In this document: piece by piece, positions 8,882-17,910 of the stretch
How positions within the stretch are numbered: position 1 is the stretch's first letter
How the letters are laid out: each line of letters opens with the position of its first letter
Source: an uncultured Caldilineales bacterium
GTDB taxonomy: Bacteria; Chloroflexota; Anaerolineae; J102
Assembly (NCBI GenBank): GCA_964650295.1
Contig: CAZYSY010000208.1
Coordinates: forward strand, 35 to 64,034
Reading direction: 5' to 3'
DNA: 64,000 nucleotides
Position numbers and translations under genes: made by a program
The notes under the pieces: generated by a model
Told to the model about the DNA's origin: nothing
Database searches by the model: none
The model's input: the letters and a program-made list of their open reading frames with translations, nothing else

Positions 8882-11359
8882 TCAGATTCTTAACCATTCC
8901 TGACCATTTTGGGCCAGACGCAGCAAGAGTGCAGTCGTTTCTGCTGGGGTGTTGCCGGCAACGCGTTGCACCTGGCATCCATCGGCGCGTAGTTGCGCTT
9001 CAACCCGGCGGGAAACGCCAGCAGGCCCCCCAACGATGGTGACCAATTCAGCAAGGTGCGCGTTTTCGATTGAGAAGCCTGCGACAGCATCAAAGCGTGC
9101 GATATATTCTGCTGCGCCCATCCAATCTTCTTTAGCCCAATCATTTTCATGCTTCCAGAAAAGCACGTAATGTCTAAAGCTCTTCGGTGTGATGGTTCTT
9201 TTTCCATTTTGGACATTTTGTATTGCGCGGATGAGCATTTTTTTCCACCTCTTTCCTGTTGTCCACTGGTTGCCGGGGCAGGCTGTGGCGTTTTTGGGAA
9301 ATTCCTTATGTCCCAGTACGTATTCAATGGGAATCCGTAACTCTTGCATAAGCCAGGCAATCAGACGCGCTGATGCGTCGAGTTGGGGTGCGGGCGGTAC
9401 GGTACGCATGAAATTTCCTGCCAGACAGATACCGACCGTGTAGCTGTTGTTTCTATAAACATGCCAGGAAATTAGATTTATATCTTGGGTGTGATAGATC
9501 GTGCCATTGGGGGTAATATAAAAGTGGTAGCCAATGCCTGGCCAACGATAGGAGTGAACATGATAGCTGGCAATGCGACTTGGCAAAATGCTTCCTGGCG
9601 CGGCACTATGATGCACGGCAATATGTGTAATTTGGCTAATGTCTCGTTCTTTGTAACAGTCATCAGGTGAATCTACAACTACCCCTTCTTTCGGCATTGG
9701 TTGTAATCGCGGTAGCAAATCGACAACTTCAAGCATTGGAGGTTGGGAAACAACAATTTCATCTCTTTCACCCAAGTAGCCTCCACTGAAAGATGGCGCT
9801 AGAAGTGAGGTCCTGTCTGGTGCCATTCCTTGCGCAGGCCCTTCGAGCCCAAGAAAGTAGCGCTTAAGCTGTTTGTTTTCTTCCTTCAAACGTTGCAGAT
9901 AACGCCAAACTGCATCGAGCGCCTTGCCTCGATCGCCTAGTGTTACCCGAATGGTACGACGGGCCACCCGACTTTTTCCGTCTCCGAACCATATATTTTT
10001 TCCATGGATAAGATCAAAGATAAGGAGATATTTTCCTGAGATGCTGGGCGCTCCTACAGCCAATTTCACTTCCACCCACTCCCCTGGCTCTACATCGTGT
10101 GGCAGTAATGTGCGAAAATCAGCTGATTTGATTTCTTTGTGAGTATTGTCTTGCCACCGATAACCCACACTCACCGAATGCGTGCCTTTCTTTTTCCATT
10201 TTGCACTACCAATGTTTCGGATAGCCACAGTAACAGTAAATGTTTCGCCAACTGGTATGACGTCAGGGATATTAAGAACATGGATTTCCGCCCGGTAGGC
10301 TGGAGCTTTTTCCTGATAGATATCCCATCGATAGCGGTCCGTCATGGATTCCCTAAAATCTTCGATGACGCCCTGCTTACCTTCGATATACCACTGATCG
10401 GTTTTTGCCCAACGATAGAGGACCAGTGCCCGAATGGGGCGGAATGGATGTCTTTTGTTCCAATAATCAATTTCACCATAGGCCCGTTTTACCCAATCAA
10501 TGTTTTCGTTACGCCAGGGTTCGTTTTGGTCGGCTTCAGTAAGGTAAACGGGCAAATGGCGCATGTCCCATGGAATAGCATTCATGAAATCTTGATAAAC
10601 GCGAAACTCGTAGCGGTGGCGTTTGTAAGGAGCCTGCATTTTGATTTCTGCATCGATTAAGTTTGGGTCAGCGCCGTGAGTGTAAGCGTGAAGTGTGATC
10701 CCGTCGCAACGTTCAGGCCCCAAGATACGTAACATGTCCTTCAAATAGATAAGCCAGTCACCAGTGGGGTTGCCAGGATAAATGCATAACGCGTTCCACG
10801 GTGCGATTGCTGCCGTCAACACCAAATCATCTTCGTGTCCCTCGACTTCATGAATGGCGTCACGGACCATGAGATAAGCGCGGGCGTAGCGCGCGGGCGT
10901 AATCGGTTCTCCTACTGATTCCGGCGAACGCGGTTTGGCTTCTCCCCAATCCCAATCGGCTCCTGGCCATTCGATGGGATGATTGGGTTCGTTGCCAATA
11001 ATCCATATGTGCGCTCCGGACGATGCAGCCACGAAGTTAGCGCAGCGTTGCGCAAAGTACTCATAAAACTCTTCTTTGGGGATGGTGCCCGTACCCGCAT
11101 ATCCTGCGTTAAGCCTAACCATCACACTTAGTCCCTGTTGTGATAGTTCATCATAGTGCTTGCCTTCCATATTTTGGGGATCATACCCAATAGCCTCTGT
11201 TAATACAATCCAGCCCGTAATGCCCATTTCGAGCATGATTTGTTCGCCGCCAGCGTCGTGTAACCCATATAGATAGGGGGATTCAAAAGGCAATCGTTTG
11301 GTCATGATGAAGGCAAATGAGTCGGTGGGTGGGGGACGTAATATGTCCTCATTATACAC
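8882..11359 (-). CDS. Modular cell-wall hydrolase: clan GH-A TIM-barrel glycosidase-like domain + N-acetylmuramoyl-L-alanine amidase (Amidase_2/PGRP) domain + C-terminal CWB2 cell-wall-binding repeat
   Basis: 'IWIIGNEPN' and 'VYLTEADQN' are acid/nucleophile motifs of clan GH-A. 'HIAVHHSAAP…GIGYHFYI…ICLAGNF' is Amidase_2-like. The C-terminal 'VTIVGGPAGVSRRVEAQLRADGCQVQRVAGNTPAETT' matches the PF04122 CWB2 pattern. Confidence 0.7.
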   Translation of the reverse strand: MYNEDILRPPPTDSFAFIMTKRLPFESPYLYGLHDAGGEQIMLEMGITGWIVLTEAIGYDPQNMEGKHYDELSQQGLSVMVRLNAGYAGTGTIPKEEFYEYFAQRCANFVAASSGAHIWIIGNEPNHPIEWPGADWDWGEAKPRSPESVGEPITPARYARAYLMVRDAIHEVEGHEDDLVLTAAIAPWNALCIYPGNPTGDWLIYLKDMLRILGPERCDGITLHAYTHGADPNLIDAEIKMQAPYKRHRYEFRVYQDFMNAIPWDMRHLPVYLTEADQNEPWRNENIDWVKRAYGEIDYWNKRHPFRPIRALVLYRWAKTDQWYIEGKQGVIEDFRESMTDRYRWDIYQEKAPAYRAEIHVLNIPDVIPVGETFTVTVAIRNIGSAKWKKKGTHSVSVGYRWQDNTHKEIKSADFRTLLPHDVEPGEWVEVKLAVGAPSISGKYLLIFDLIHGKNIWFGDGKSRVARRTIRVTLGDRGKALDAVWRYLQRLKEENKQLKRYFLGLEGPAQGMAPDRTSLLAPSFSGGYLGERDEIVVSQPPMLEVVDLLPRLQPMPKEGVVVDSPDDCYKERDISQITHIAVHHSAAPGSILPSRIASYHVHSYRWPGIGYHFYITPNGTIYHTQDINLISWHVYRNNSYTVGICLAGNFMRTVPPAPQLDASARLIAWLMQELRIPIEYVLGHKEFPKNATACPGNQWTTGKRWKKMLIRAIQNVQNGKRTITPKSFRHYVLFWKHENDWAKEDWMGAAEYIARFDAVAGFSIENAHLAELVTIVGGPAGVSRRVEAQLRADGCQVQRVAGNTPAETTALLLRLAQNGQEWLRI

Positions 11360-11463
11360 GCCTCATAACTTCCTGTCTAACACTTGACGTATGGGGATTC
11401 CATGAGTAAAGTTTGGCTGCACTATGTTGATTATTATTTCATTCGGCACGTTCACTCTTCAAG

Positions 11464-12795
11464 GTGACAATCATGACTACATCCCTGATAGCTTCTGCAC
11501 CTTTGGCTCAGACCGCGGCTGCACTGCGTAGCGATTCACTGAACTTATTTGAATATCTAGAGGCCCTATTTGCTCGCCATGAAAAAGTTGAACCCTTTGT
11601 GAAAGCATTTGTGCCTGAGCCCTATCGGCGTCAACGGGTGATGGACGCTGCTCGAGCCCTCCTTGACCGCTATCCAGAACCTGGAAAGCGTCCCCCATTG
11701 TTTGGTATTCCTATCGGCGTCAAGGATATTTTTCATGTTGATGGTTTACCTACTCGCGCAGGGGCCAATCTTCCAGCTGATGAGCTCACTGGGCCTGAAT
11801 CAGCTATAGTAACGGCTTTCAAGCGTTCTGGCGCTTTGATAATGGGTAAGACCATTACGACGGAGTTTGCTTATTTCGAGCCAGGACCAACGCGGAATCC
11901 TCATAACCTGAACCACACGCCTGGTGGATCTAGCAGCGGTTCTGCTGCCGCAGTGGCCGCTGGCTTGGTGCCGTTGGCAATCGGCACCCAAACGATTGGC
12001 TCAGTCATCCGACCAGCCGCTTTTTGTGGCATTGTTGGTTATAAACCCAGCTACAATCGCATCGACCCCACAGGGTTGTTATTCTTCTCTCGATCGGCAG
12101 ATCATGTAGGCCTGTTCACTCAAGATGTTGCCGGAATGCGGTTGGCTGCATCGGTGGCTTGCAGTGGTTGGGATAAACATGCAGTAGTGGCGCACAAACC
12201 TGTTTTGGGGATTCCTGTTGGGACCTATTTGGAGCAAGCGAGCCAGGAAGCGTTGAGAGCCTTTTCAGCCCAGGTTGACGCCCTGCGTGCAGTTGGTTAC
12301 CGGGTAAAGGAAGTTGAGGTATTCAAGGACATCACAACGATCAATCGCATACATCGTCAGCTCATTGCGGCTGAATTCGCATGGGAGCACAAGCATTGGT
12401 ACAAGCAATTCAAGCATCTTTATCGCTCCCGCACGATCGCACTCATCGAGGAAGGGATGGCGGTGGATACGGAGACAGTGGAAGATGCCCGCGACTTGCA
12501 GCGGCTGCTAAGGGAGGAAGTGATGCATATGATGGCATCGAACGATGTTGATTTGTGGATCACCCCTGCGGCGCCAGGGTCTGCGCCTGAAGGGTTGGAG
12601 AGTACCGGCGATCCAATCATGAATTTGCCATGGACTTTCCTCGGTTTACCAGCAGTTACCGTGCCTGCTGCCATGGCAGCCAAAGGACTCCCTCTTGGCT
12701 TGCAGCTGGTTGGATCCTGGATGATGGACGAGGAATTGCTTGCCTGGGCGGAGGATGTGCAGGCTTTGTTTGCCAGGATCTTGTTACGTTTCTAG
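11464..12795 (+). CDS. Amidase-signature family amidase
   Basis: 'GGSSSGSAAAVAAG' amidase signature and a Ser-cisSer-Lys context; 443 aa. Confidence 0.85.
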   Translation: MTIMTTSLIASAPLAQTAAALRSDSLNLFEYLEALFARHEKVEPFVKAFVPEPYRRQRVMDAARALLDRYPEPGKRPPLFGIPIGVKDIFHVDGLPTRAGANLPADELTGPESAIVTAFKRSGALIMGKTITTEFAYFEPGPTRNPHNLNHTPGGSSSGSAAAVAAGLVPLAIGTQTIGSVIRPAAFCGIVGYKPSYNRIDPTGLLFFSRSADHVGLFTQDVAGMRLAASVACSGWDKHAVVAHKPVLGIPVGTYLEQASQEALRAFSAQVDALRAVGYRVKEVEVFKDITTINRIHRQLIAAEFAWEHKHWYKQFKHLYRSRTIALIEEGMAVDTETVEDARDLQRLLREEVMHMMASNDVDLWITPAAPGSAPEGLESTGDPIMNLPWTFLGLPAVTVPAAMAAKGLPLGLQLVGSWMMDEELLAWAEDVQALFARILLRF

Positions 12796-13042
12796 TAAAC
12801 CTGCGCAGACTGAAGTCAGTACGAGTTACCTGACACAGATTAGCAAGGAATGACCTGCGCCGCCTGTCCCCCTGTGGGGACGGTGCCACCAGTCGCGATT
12901 TTGCCGTCTATATCTTTGAAGGCAGGGTTGTCAACGAAGGCTGACAGGCGGCCGCAGGCCCGCAGTCCTGATTTCAATCGGTGGGCCATTGGGCATGAAA
13001 TTTGTGTGAGGTTGCCAGAAGTCAGTATAGGGTTTGGTGATT

Positions 13043-13076
13043 GTTGCGGCGCATCAAACTGTAAATGCGCCGCAAC
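13043..13076. terminator. Perfect 12-bp hairpin (gttgcggcgcat / atgcgccgcaac) between convergent genes
   Basis: The inverted repeat with a 10-nt loop is read directly. It lies between the amidase stop (12795) and the permease stop (13094). Confidence 0.4.
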
Positions 13077-13093
13077 TGGTTTGGCGTTATTAA

Positions 13094-15616
13094 CTATGTT
13101 TCCCCATTCTCCTGGGCTTCTGTCTGGTCACCTATTTCTTCCACTTCTTCTGGTTCTAGAAGTGGCGTGGCAATGTCTTCCTCAATACTGTTAATGTTAT
13201 CCTCACTGACCCCTTCGGGCATTGTTGTGTGTACCCGAATACGCCGGAATTGTTTGCCATTTGCTACCGTAATTACCATATCAAAGTCTACATTCTGGGG
13301 AACCAGGCCAAAATCCTGAAGTGTCCAGATTGTGGTGATGCGATCTGAAAGGTTGGGCCATTGGTTTTTTGCCCAGCGATAGCGTTGGCGACTGAATTGC
13401 CAGGTCTCTTCTGGTTGGCGCACCGGCTTGAAGACCTGATATTCCTTCCAGATTTCTTCGTGAGGCGTCAGGGGAAAGAGAATGTCGATCATGGCTTGTT
13501 GCACGACTTCGGGGCCTCGACCAGTCTCAGGGGAAACCCAGTTAACATGGTAATTGTGAATGAACATAAAGATACCATAATGGGAATAATCCTCAATGCG
13601 TCTGGCGATCTCTTCTTTTTTGGCATATGCCCGTTCGTACGCCTCTTCCATGATGAGGTTTGGCTCTTCTATGCGTTCCTCGTGTTGATCGTCATGGGTA
13701 AATATTACTGGATCAAGATTGTAAAGGTAGGTGATAAGCCGCTTGATTCGTTGTTCGCCCACATTGAATTTTACCAGGCGTCCTTCCTCAATAAGGTCTT
13801 CCAAAGCATCGGCGATACCGCGCTGGCGAGCCTGTTCGATGGCCCGCTCAATACCCGATTTGGGTCTAATCTTCTCTGCTCCGGCGACGATTTTGTCGAT
13901 GAGCATTCGTACATCTTGTTTCTTGATTCCGCCGTTGGCTACAAATATCTGAAAAAGAGTGAGCGCTACGCCCACCAACGCTACAGCGTAAAGCGCATGC
14001 GTCTTTTCCACCACCAGCACTGCTCCCATAAGGTAGCTGGCAAACATACCACGGGCACCTGCGAATTTTAGTGTCTTTGCCTCGGCTGAGCCTGGTTTGA
14101 TGCTCTTTTTCTCTAGTACATCGTTACGAACAAAGACCACTGCAGTGCTGGTGATCATAAACGCACTTACAAACCCGAACGCATAGTAACTTTCAACCAC
14201 CACCACTTGCTTGATGATAGGGATGAGAAAAGCCGATACTGCCCAGATGATCGCAATACCAATACGGTCATCATGCAAGAAGTTAGGCATGCGTCCTAAT
14301 CGCGCGGCATTTGCGGCGACAGCCGCCCCGCCAACATAGCCGCCACCTTGGGCCAAAAGTAAAATAATGGCCATTAGCGTGCCTGCGACAAAAAGAAATG
14401 TTGCTCCCGCAGAACCTGCCAGAGCTTTTGTGATAGCTTTGGAAACGGCTACGTCATAGGAAACTTGCTCGACAAATTCTTTGTGGTCTACAGGCGGTGG
14501 CTCTTGCGCTCCAGTTTTGCCTCCAAGAATACCTTCAAAAGGGTGTGATAGTTGTTCTTCGGCAAAAATCGTCTCTGCTGCTATCTTGTCCGCTTCTGTG
14601 ACTTGTATCTGGCCTGGATCTACACCTGGACTCATGGCTTGAGTAGCTACGATTTCATATTCGATAAGAAGCGTACTGTAGCCCTCCGTAGCAGGGATGT
14701 TCCAAACCTTGGCGCCATATAACTGGGCGACGCCAGTGCCAATAAGGAATACAGCTGCCAGGGTCAAGGCCACGCTAATGACTTTCCACTTTGGTTTTGC
14801 TGCATGCTTGCCGCTAGCCGGGATCACCTCATATCCAGAAAAACCTAACATAGCGCTGGACATGGAACGGAAGAATAGCTGCATGACAACCACCGTGCCT
14901 AGCGCTGCCATATCCTTTTGTGCGCGCACCACGTTCTCTACGACGTTGGCTGCCTGCAATCGACGAATGATACCTTCAGTAAGAAATGCCCATTCGGGAT
15001 GCGATGCTGCCTCAATTGCCACCAGGGTTAGTGCGCCCAAAGTAAAAAGAGTGAAGGCGCCACCACCAATAAGGAAGAGTGGAACGGCGCGTTTTGGGCC
15101 CATGAGCACTAGCACAACCATGATGAAAAAGGCGAAAAATTCTGCCAGTAAAATACGATAGGGCGCCATTTCTGGCAACACAAGCATCGTGACATCCGCA
15201 GCAGAGATAGAACTAATAATAATGGTTAACACGGCATCGACAAAAAAGAGACTGGTGCCGACCCAAGAGAGCCAACGTAGCCATTTGGGGCCAATGGCCT
15301 CCACCATGGGGCCGCTACCACCTGCGTTGGGGCGCAAGTAGCTTCCGGCTTTGTATGCAGGGACGATTCCAAAGTAAAGTAGCACCGACAGGACGATGAA
15401 CGCCCAGATGGCGATACTGTGATAACCTGCCGCCCCGTGTATTGCCAACAGGGTTTGATAGGCTGCGACACTAAAAGCATCTGCTGCGATTTCGAAAATA
15501 AGCGCGAAAACGCCCAAGCCTGTGCCGCCCAGCAACAAGCCTTCTACCAGCAGTTTAGGGAGTCTTCTGTTAGCTTCCTGGCGTTCCTTATCCGCAATGT
15601 AACTTTTTAGCAGCAT
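13094..15616 (-). CDS. APC-family amino acid permease fused to a ~320-aa C-terminal soluble domain of unknown function
   Basis: There are about 12 predicted TM helices with APC-like glycine-rich segments. The C-terminal third is hydrophilic (…EERIEEPNLIMEEAYERAYAKKEE…). Confidence 0.75.
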   Translation of the reverse strand: MLLKSYIADKERQEANRRLPKLLVEGLLLGGTGLGVFALIFEIAADAFSVAAYQTLLAIHGAAGYHSIAIWAFIVLSVLLYFGIVPAYKAGSYLRPNAGGSGPMVEAIGPKWLRWLSWVGTSLFFVDAVLTIIISSISAADVTMLVLPEMAPYRILLAEFFAFFIMVVLVLMGPKRAVPLFLIGGGAFTLFTLGALTLVAIEAASHPEWAFLTEGIIRRLQAANVVENVVRAQKDMAALGTVVVMQLFFRSMSSAMLGFSGYEVIPASGKHAAKPKWKVISVALTLAAVFLIGTGVAQLYGAKVWNIPATEGYSTLLIEYEIVATQAMSPGVDPGQIQVTEADKIAAETIFAEEQLSHPFEGILGGKTGAQEPPPVDHKEFVEQVSYDVAVSKAITKALAGSAGATFLFVAGTLMAIILLLAQGGGYVGGAAVAANAARLGRMPNFLHDDRIGIAIIWAVSAFLIPIIKQVVVVESYYAFGFVSAFMITSTAVVFVRNDVLEKKSIKPGSAEAKTLKFAGARGMFASYLMGAVLVVEKTHALYAVALVGVALTLFQIFVANGGIKKQDVRMLIDKIVAGAEKIRPKSGIERAIEQARQRGIADALEDLIEEGRLVKFNVGEQRIKRLITYLYNLDPVIFTHDDQHEERIEEPNLIMEEAYERAYAKKEEIARRIEDYSHYGIFMFIHNYHVNWVSPETGRGPEVVQQAMIDILFPLTPHEEIWKEYQVFKPVRQPEETWQFSRQRYRWAKNQWPNLSDRITTIWTLQDFGLVPQNVDFDMVITVANGKQFRRIRVHTTMPEGVSEDNINSIEEDIATPLLEPEEVEEIGDQTEAQENGET

Positions 15617-15860
15617 AGTCCATTCCTTATCGTGGATATTACAGCATCGAAAGATGTAACTGCTTACGCACCCGTTTCAAAGCCACAGCGGTCGCGAATG
15701 GCTGTAAGCTCGCTAGAGCATACGCACTTGCTGCGAATAGGTTTGTCAGTAGTTACTGATAGACAGCCCAATGGCTACAAAATGTTACAAGGGGAATACT
15801 ACACCCAACCAACCTCCCACCCCAAAAAATTACAGAGAGGTTGCCAATGAAGACGCTGTA

Positions 15861-16985
15861 TCAGTGTACCGCAAATAACGCTAATACCACGCCCCCAGCC
15901 ACCACGCTGGCTATTTGCCCTGCGGTGTTGGCGCCCATGGCATGCATTAGCAAGAAATTCTCGAAATCCTCTTCTTGCGCCACTTTCTGCACCACTCTGG
16001 CTGCCATGGGGAAAGCGCTAATGCCGGCAGCACCTATCAGCGGATTTAAAGGACCTCTCACGAACCAACGCAAGAATTTTGCGAACAACAAGCCGGCGGC
16101 AGTGTCAAGGCCAAAAGCAAAAATACCTAAAACAAGGATGAGTAACGTTTCTTTGCGCAGGAATGCGCCAGCCTGCATTGTGGCGCCAATGGCTAGTCCT
16201 AAAAACAAAGTAACCGCATTGGCGATTTCATTTTCCGAAGCTCCGACCAACCGTTGCACCACACCAGACTCCTTCATCAAATTTCCTAGCATCAGCATGC
16301 CGATTAGTGGGATGGCCATGGGGACGAGAATTCCCACCACGATCGTTACCAGGATGGGGAACAGGATGCGCGTGCGTCGACTGACGGGATTTTCACTGTA
16401 TGGCATGCGAATTGTGCGCTCTTTTCGGCTTATTAGCGCCCGCATGATGGGAGGTTGGATGATTGGCACCAGCGACATGTAACTGTAGGCTACCACGGCA
16501 ATAGGGGCCAGTAGATGGGGAGCTAACTGATTACTTACATAAATAGATGTGGGACCGTCGATGGCGCCGATGATACCAATGGAGGCTGCCTCGTTGATGT
16601 CGAAGCCCAGGAGCAACGCCAAGAAAAGTGTACCAAAGATGCCAAACTGTCCTGCAGCCCCCATTAACAGCATGTGGGGGCGTTCTAGTAGAGGACCAAA
16701 ATCGGTCATAGCCCCAATACCAACGAAGATGAGCAGTGGGAATAATTCATTGGCTACCCCGGCGTTGTAAAGTATAGAGAGAATTCCGTCTTCCCCCACC
16801 ACGGGCGACAGGGGGAGGTTGGCTAAAATCGCTCCGGCTCCAATTGGCAATAACAACACTGGCTCATATTCTTTGACAATAGCAAGATAGATGAGCAACC
16901 CGCCAATGATTAACATGATAGCATTGCCCCAAGTGAGCGCTGCCAAACCTGCGAAAAGCGGTGAGAGTAAATCCATCGGCATCAT
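15861..16985 (-). CDS. Na+-translocating decarboxylase beta subunit (OadB/MmdB/GcdB family)
   Basis: Polytopic membrane protein with the characteristic family sequence (…GAIDGPTSIYVSNQLAPHLL…NLMKESGVV…). Confidence 0.9.
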   Translation of the reverse strand: MMPMDLLSPLFAGLAALTWGNAIMLIIGGLLIYLAIVKEYEPVLLLPIGAGAILANLPLSPVVGEDGILSILYNAGVANELFPLLIFVGIGAMTDFGPLLERPHMLLMGAAGQFGIFGTLFLALLLGFDINEAASIGIIGAIDGPTSIYVSNQLAPHLLAPIAVVAYSYMSLVPIIQPPIMRALISRKERTIRMPYSENPVSRRTRILFPILVTIVVGILVPMAIPLIGMLMLGNLMKESGVVQRLVGASENEIANAVTLFLGLAIGATMQAGAFLRKETLLILVLGIFAFGLDTAAGLLFAKFLRWFVRGPLNPLIGAAGISAFPMAARVVQKVAQEEDFENFLLMHAMGANTAGQIASVVAGGVVLALFAVH

Positions 16986-17476
16986 CCTTCGCGATATTTT
17001 AGAAGTATGTCATCAAAGTTTACATTTTGTCCTTCACGAACATGAATCTCGTCGACGATGCCATCGCGTGGGGAGCGGATTGGGTTTTTCATCTTCATGG
17101 CCTCGAGGACGAATAGCTGATCCCCTCGCGCAACCTTTGCGCCTGGCGGTATATTGACTTTAATGATGGTTCCGGGCATGGGAGCGCGTAGTTCTTCAGG
17201 CAGTTCCTCTTGGACGGGCGAAGCAGGCATTTCGGGGGGCTCTGACTTACGGGCTCGGGGTAGGAGCTCTGGTGGTTTGTGTGCGATGGCTGGTTTTTTT
17301 CTTTGTGTTTCAACTACCTCAATGGCAGGAATTTCCAAGTCAGACTCCTCTTCACCAACAATCTTCAACTCATACACCTTACCGCCCGCTAATACACGGA
17401 ACAGATTCGTCTCCTCCTGCTGCTGCAAACCGATGACGTAGGTCTTGTCGCCAATCGCGATGGTGTAGCGTTTCAT
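16982..17476 (-). CDS. Biotin carboxyl carrier subunit of the decarboxylase (biotinyl domain)
   Basis: 'EAMKMKN' biotin-attachment motif and a Pro/Glu-rich linker. It overlaps both neighbours by 4 nt. Confidence 0.85.
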   Translation of the reverse strand: MKRYTIAIGDKTYVIGLQQQEETNLFRVLAGGKVYELKIVGEEESDLEIPAIEVVETQRKKPAIAHKPPELLPRARKSEPPEMPASPVQEELPEELRAPMPGTIIKVNIPPGAKVARGDQLFVLEAMKMKNPIRSPRDGIVDEIHVREGQNVNFDDILLKYREG

Positions 17477-17850
17477 GATGTCCTTCTCCGGCGGGGAATG
17501 ATGTTAGATCGTAATTGGTAGGCTCTGCCAACCGCCACCCATCGGGCCTGCCCAGGTTCAATTTCTGTAGGGAGGTGTTTTTTCAGTGAGCTGACGTTAC
17601 ATAGAGATTCTACCTCACGATAGTGGTGCAAGGCCAACATAATCGCAGCCATCAGATCTGGCGGGATGCTCGCGTCGGCGCGTGCCTCAGTTTTGGGGGA
17701 TAAATGCGCCTTTTTTTCCTCTCTTGCCAATGCGCGTCGGTCAATTTGTTGAAAAATGGCGATAGCACCCCAGAGCATGGTTAGAATAAGAAAGACGAGG
17801 CCCATGCCGACTACCATGAGCAGCATGCCAAATTGTAAATCCTGTCTCAT
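17473..17850 (-). CDS. Small membrane subunit of Na+-decarboxylase (OadG-like)
   Basis: A single N-terminal TM helix (LLMVVGMGLVFLILTMLW) in a protein of 125 aa, positioned between the carboxyltransferase and biotin-carrier genes. Confidence 0.5.
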   Translation of the reverse strand: MRQDLQFGMLLMVVGMGLVFLILTMLWGAIAIFQQIDRRALAREEKKAHLSPKTEARADASIPPDLMAAIMLALHHYREVESLCNVSSLKKHLPTEIEPGQARWVAVGRAYQLRSNIIPRRRRTS

Positions 17851-17910
17851 AAGAGAAGCTCCACTATGGATAAAAGCAAAAAAGAACCGATCTCTGTTGA
17901 AAAGACATCG

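Noticed and set aside
8882-11359. Prophage endolysin or mobile-element interpretation of the GH+amidase+CWB2 gene
   Set aside because: No integrase, terminase, capsid, holin or repeat boundaries are anywhere near it. Its neighbours are housekeeping transport and amidase genes.
13361-14071. 236-aa plus-strand ORF
   Set aside because: It lies wholly inside, and antisense to, the APC permease gene, and has no recognisable features.
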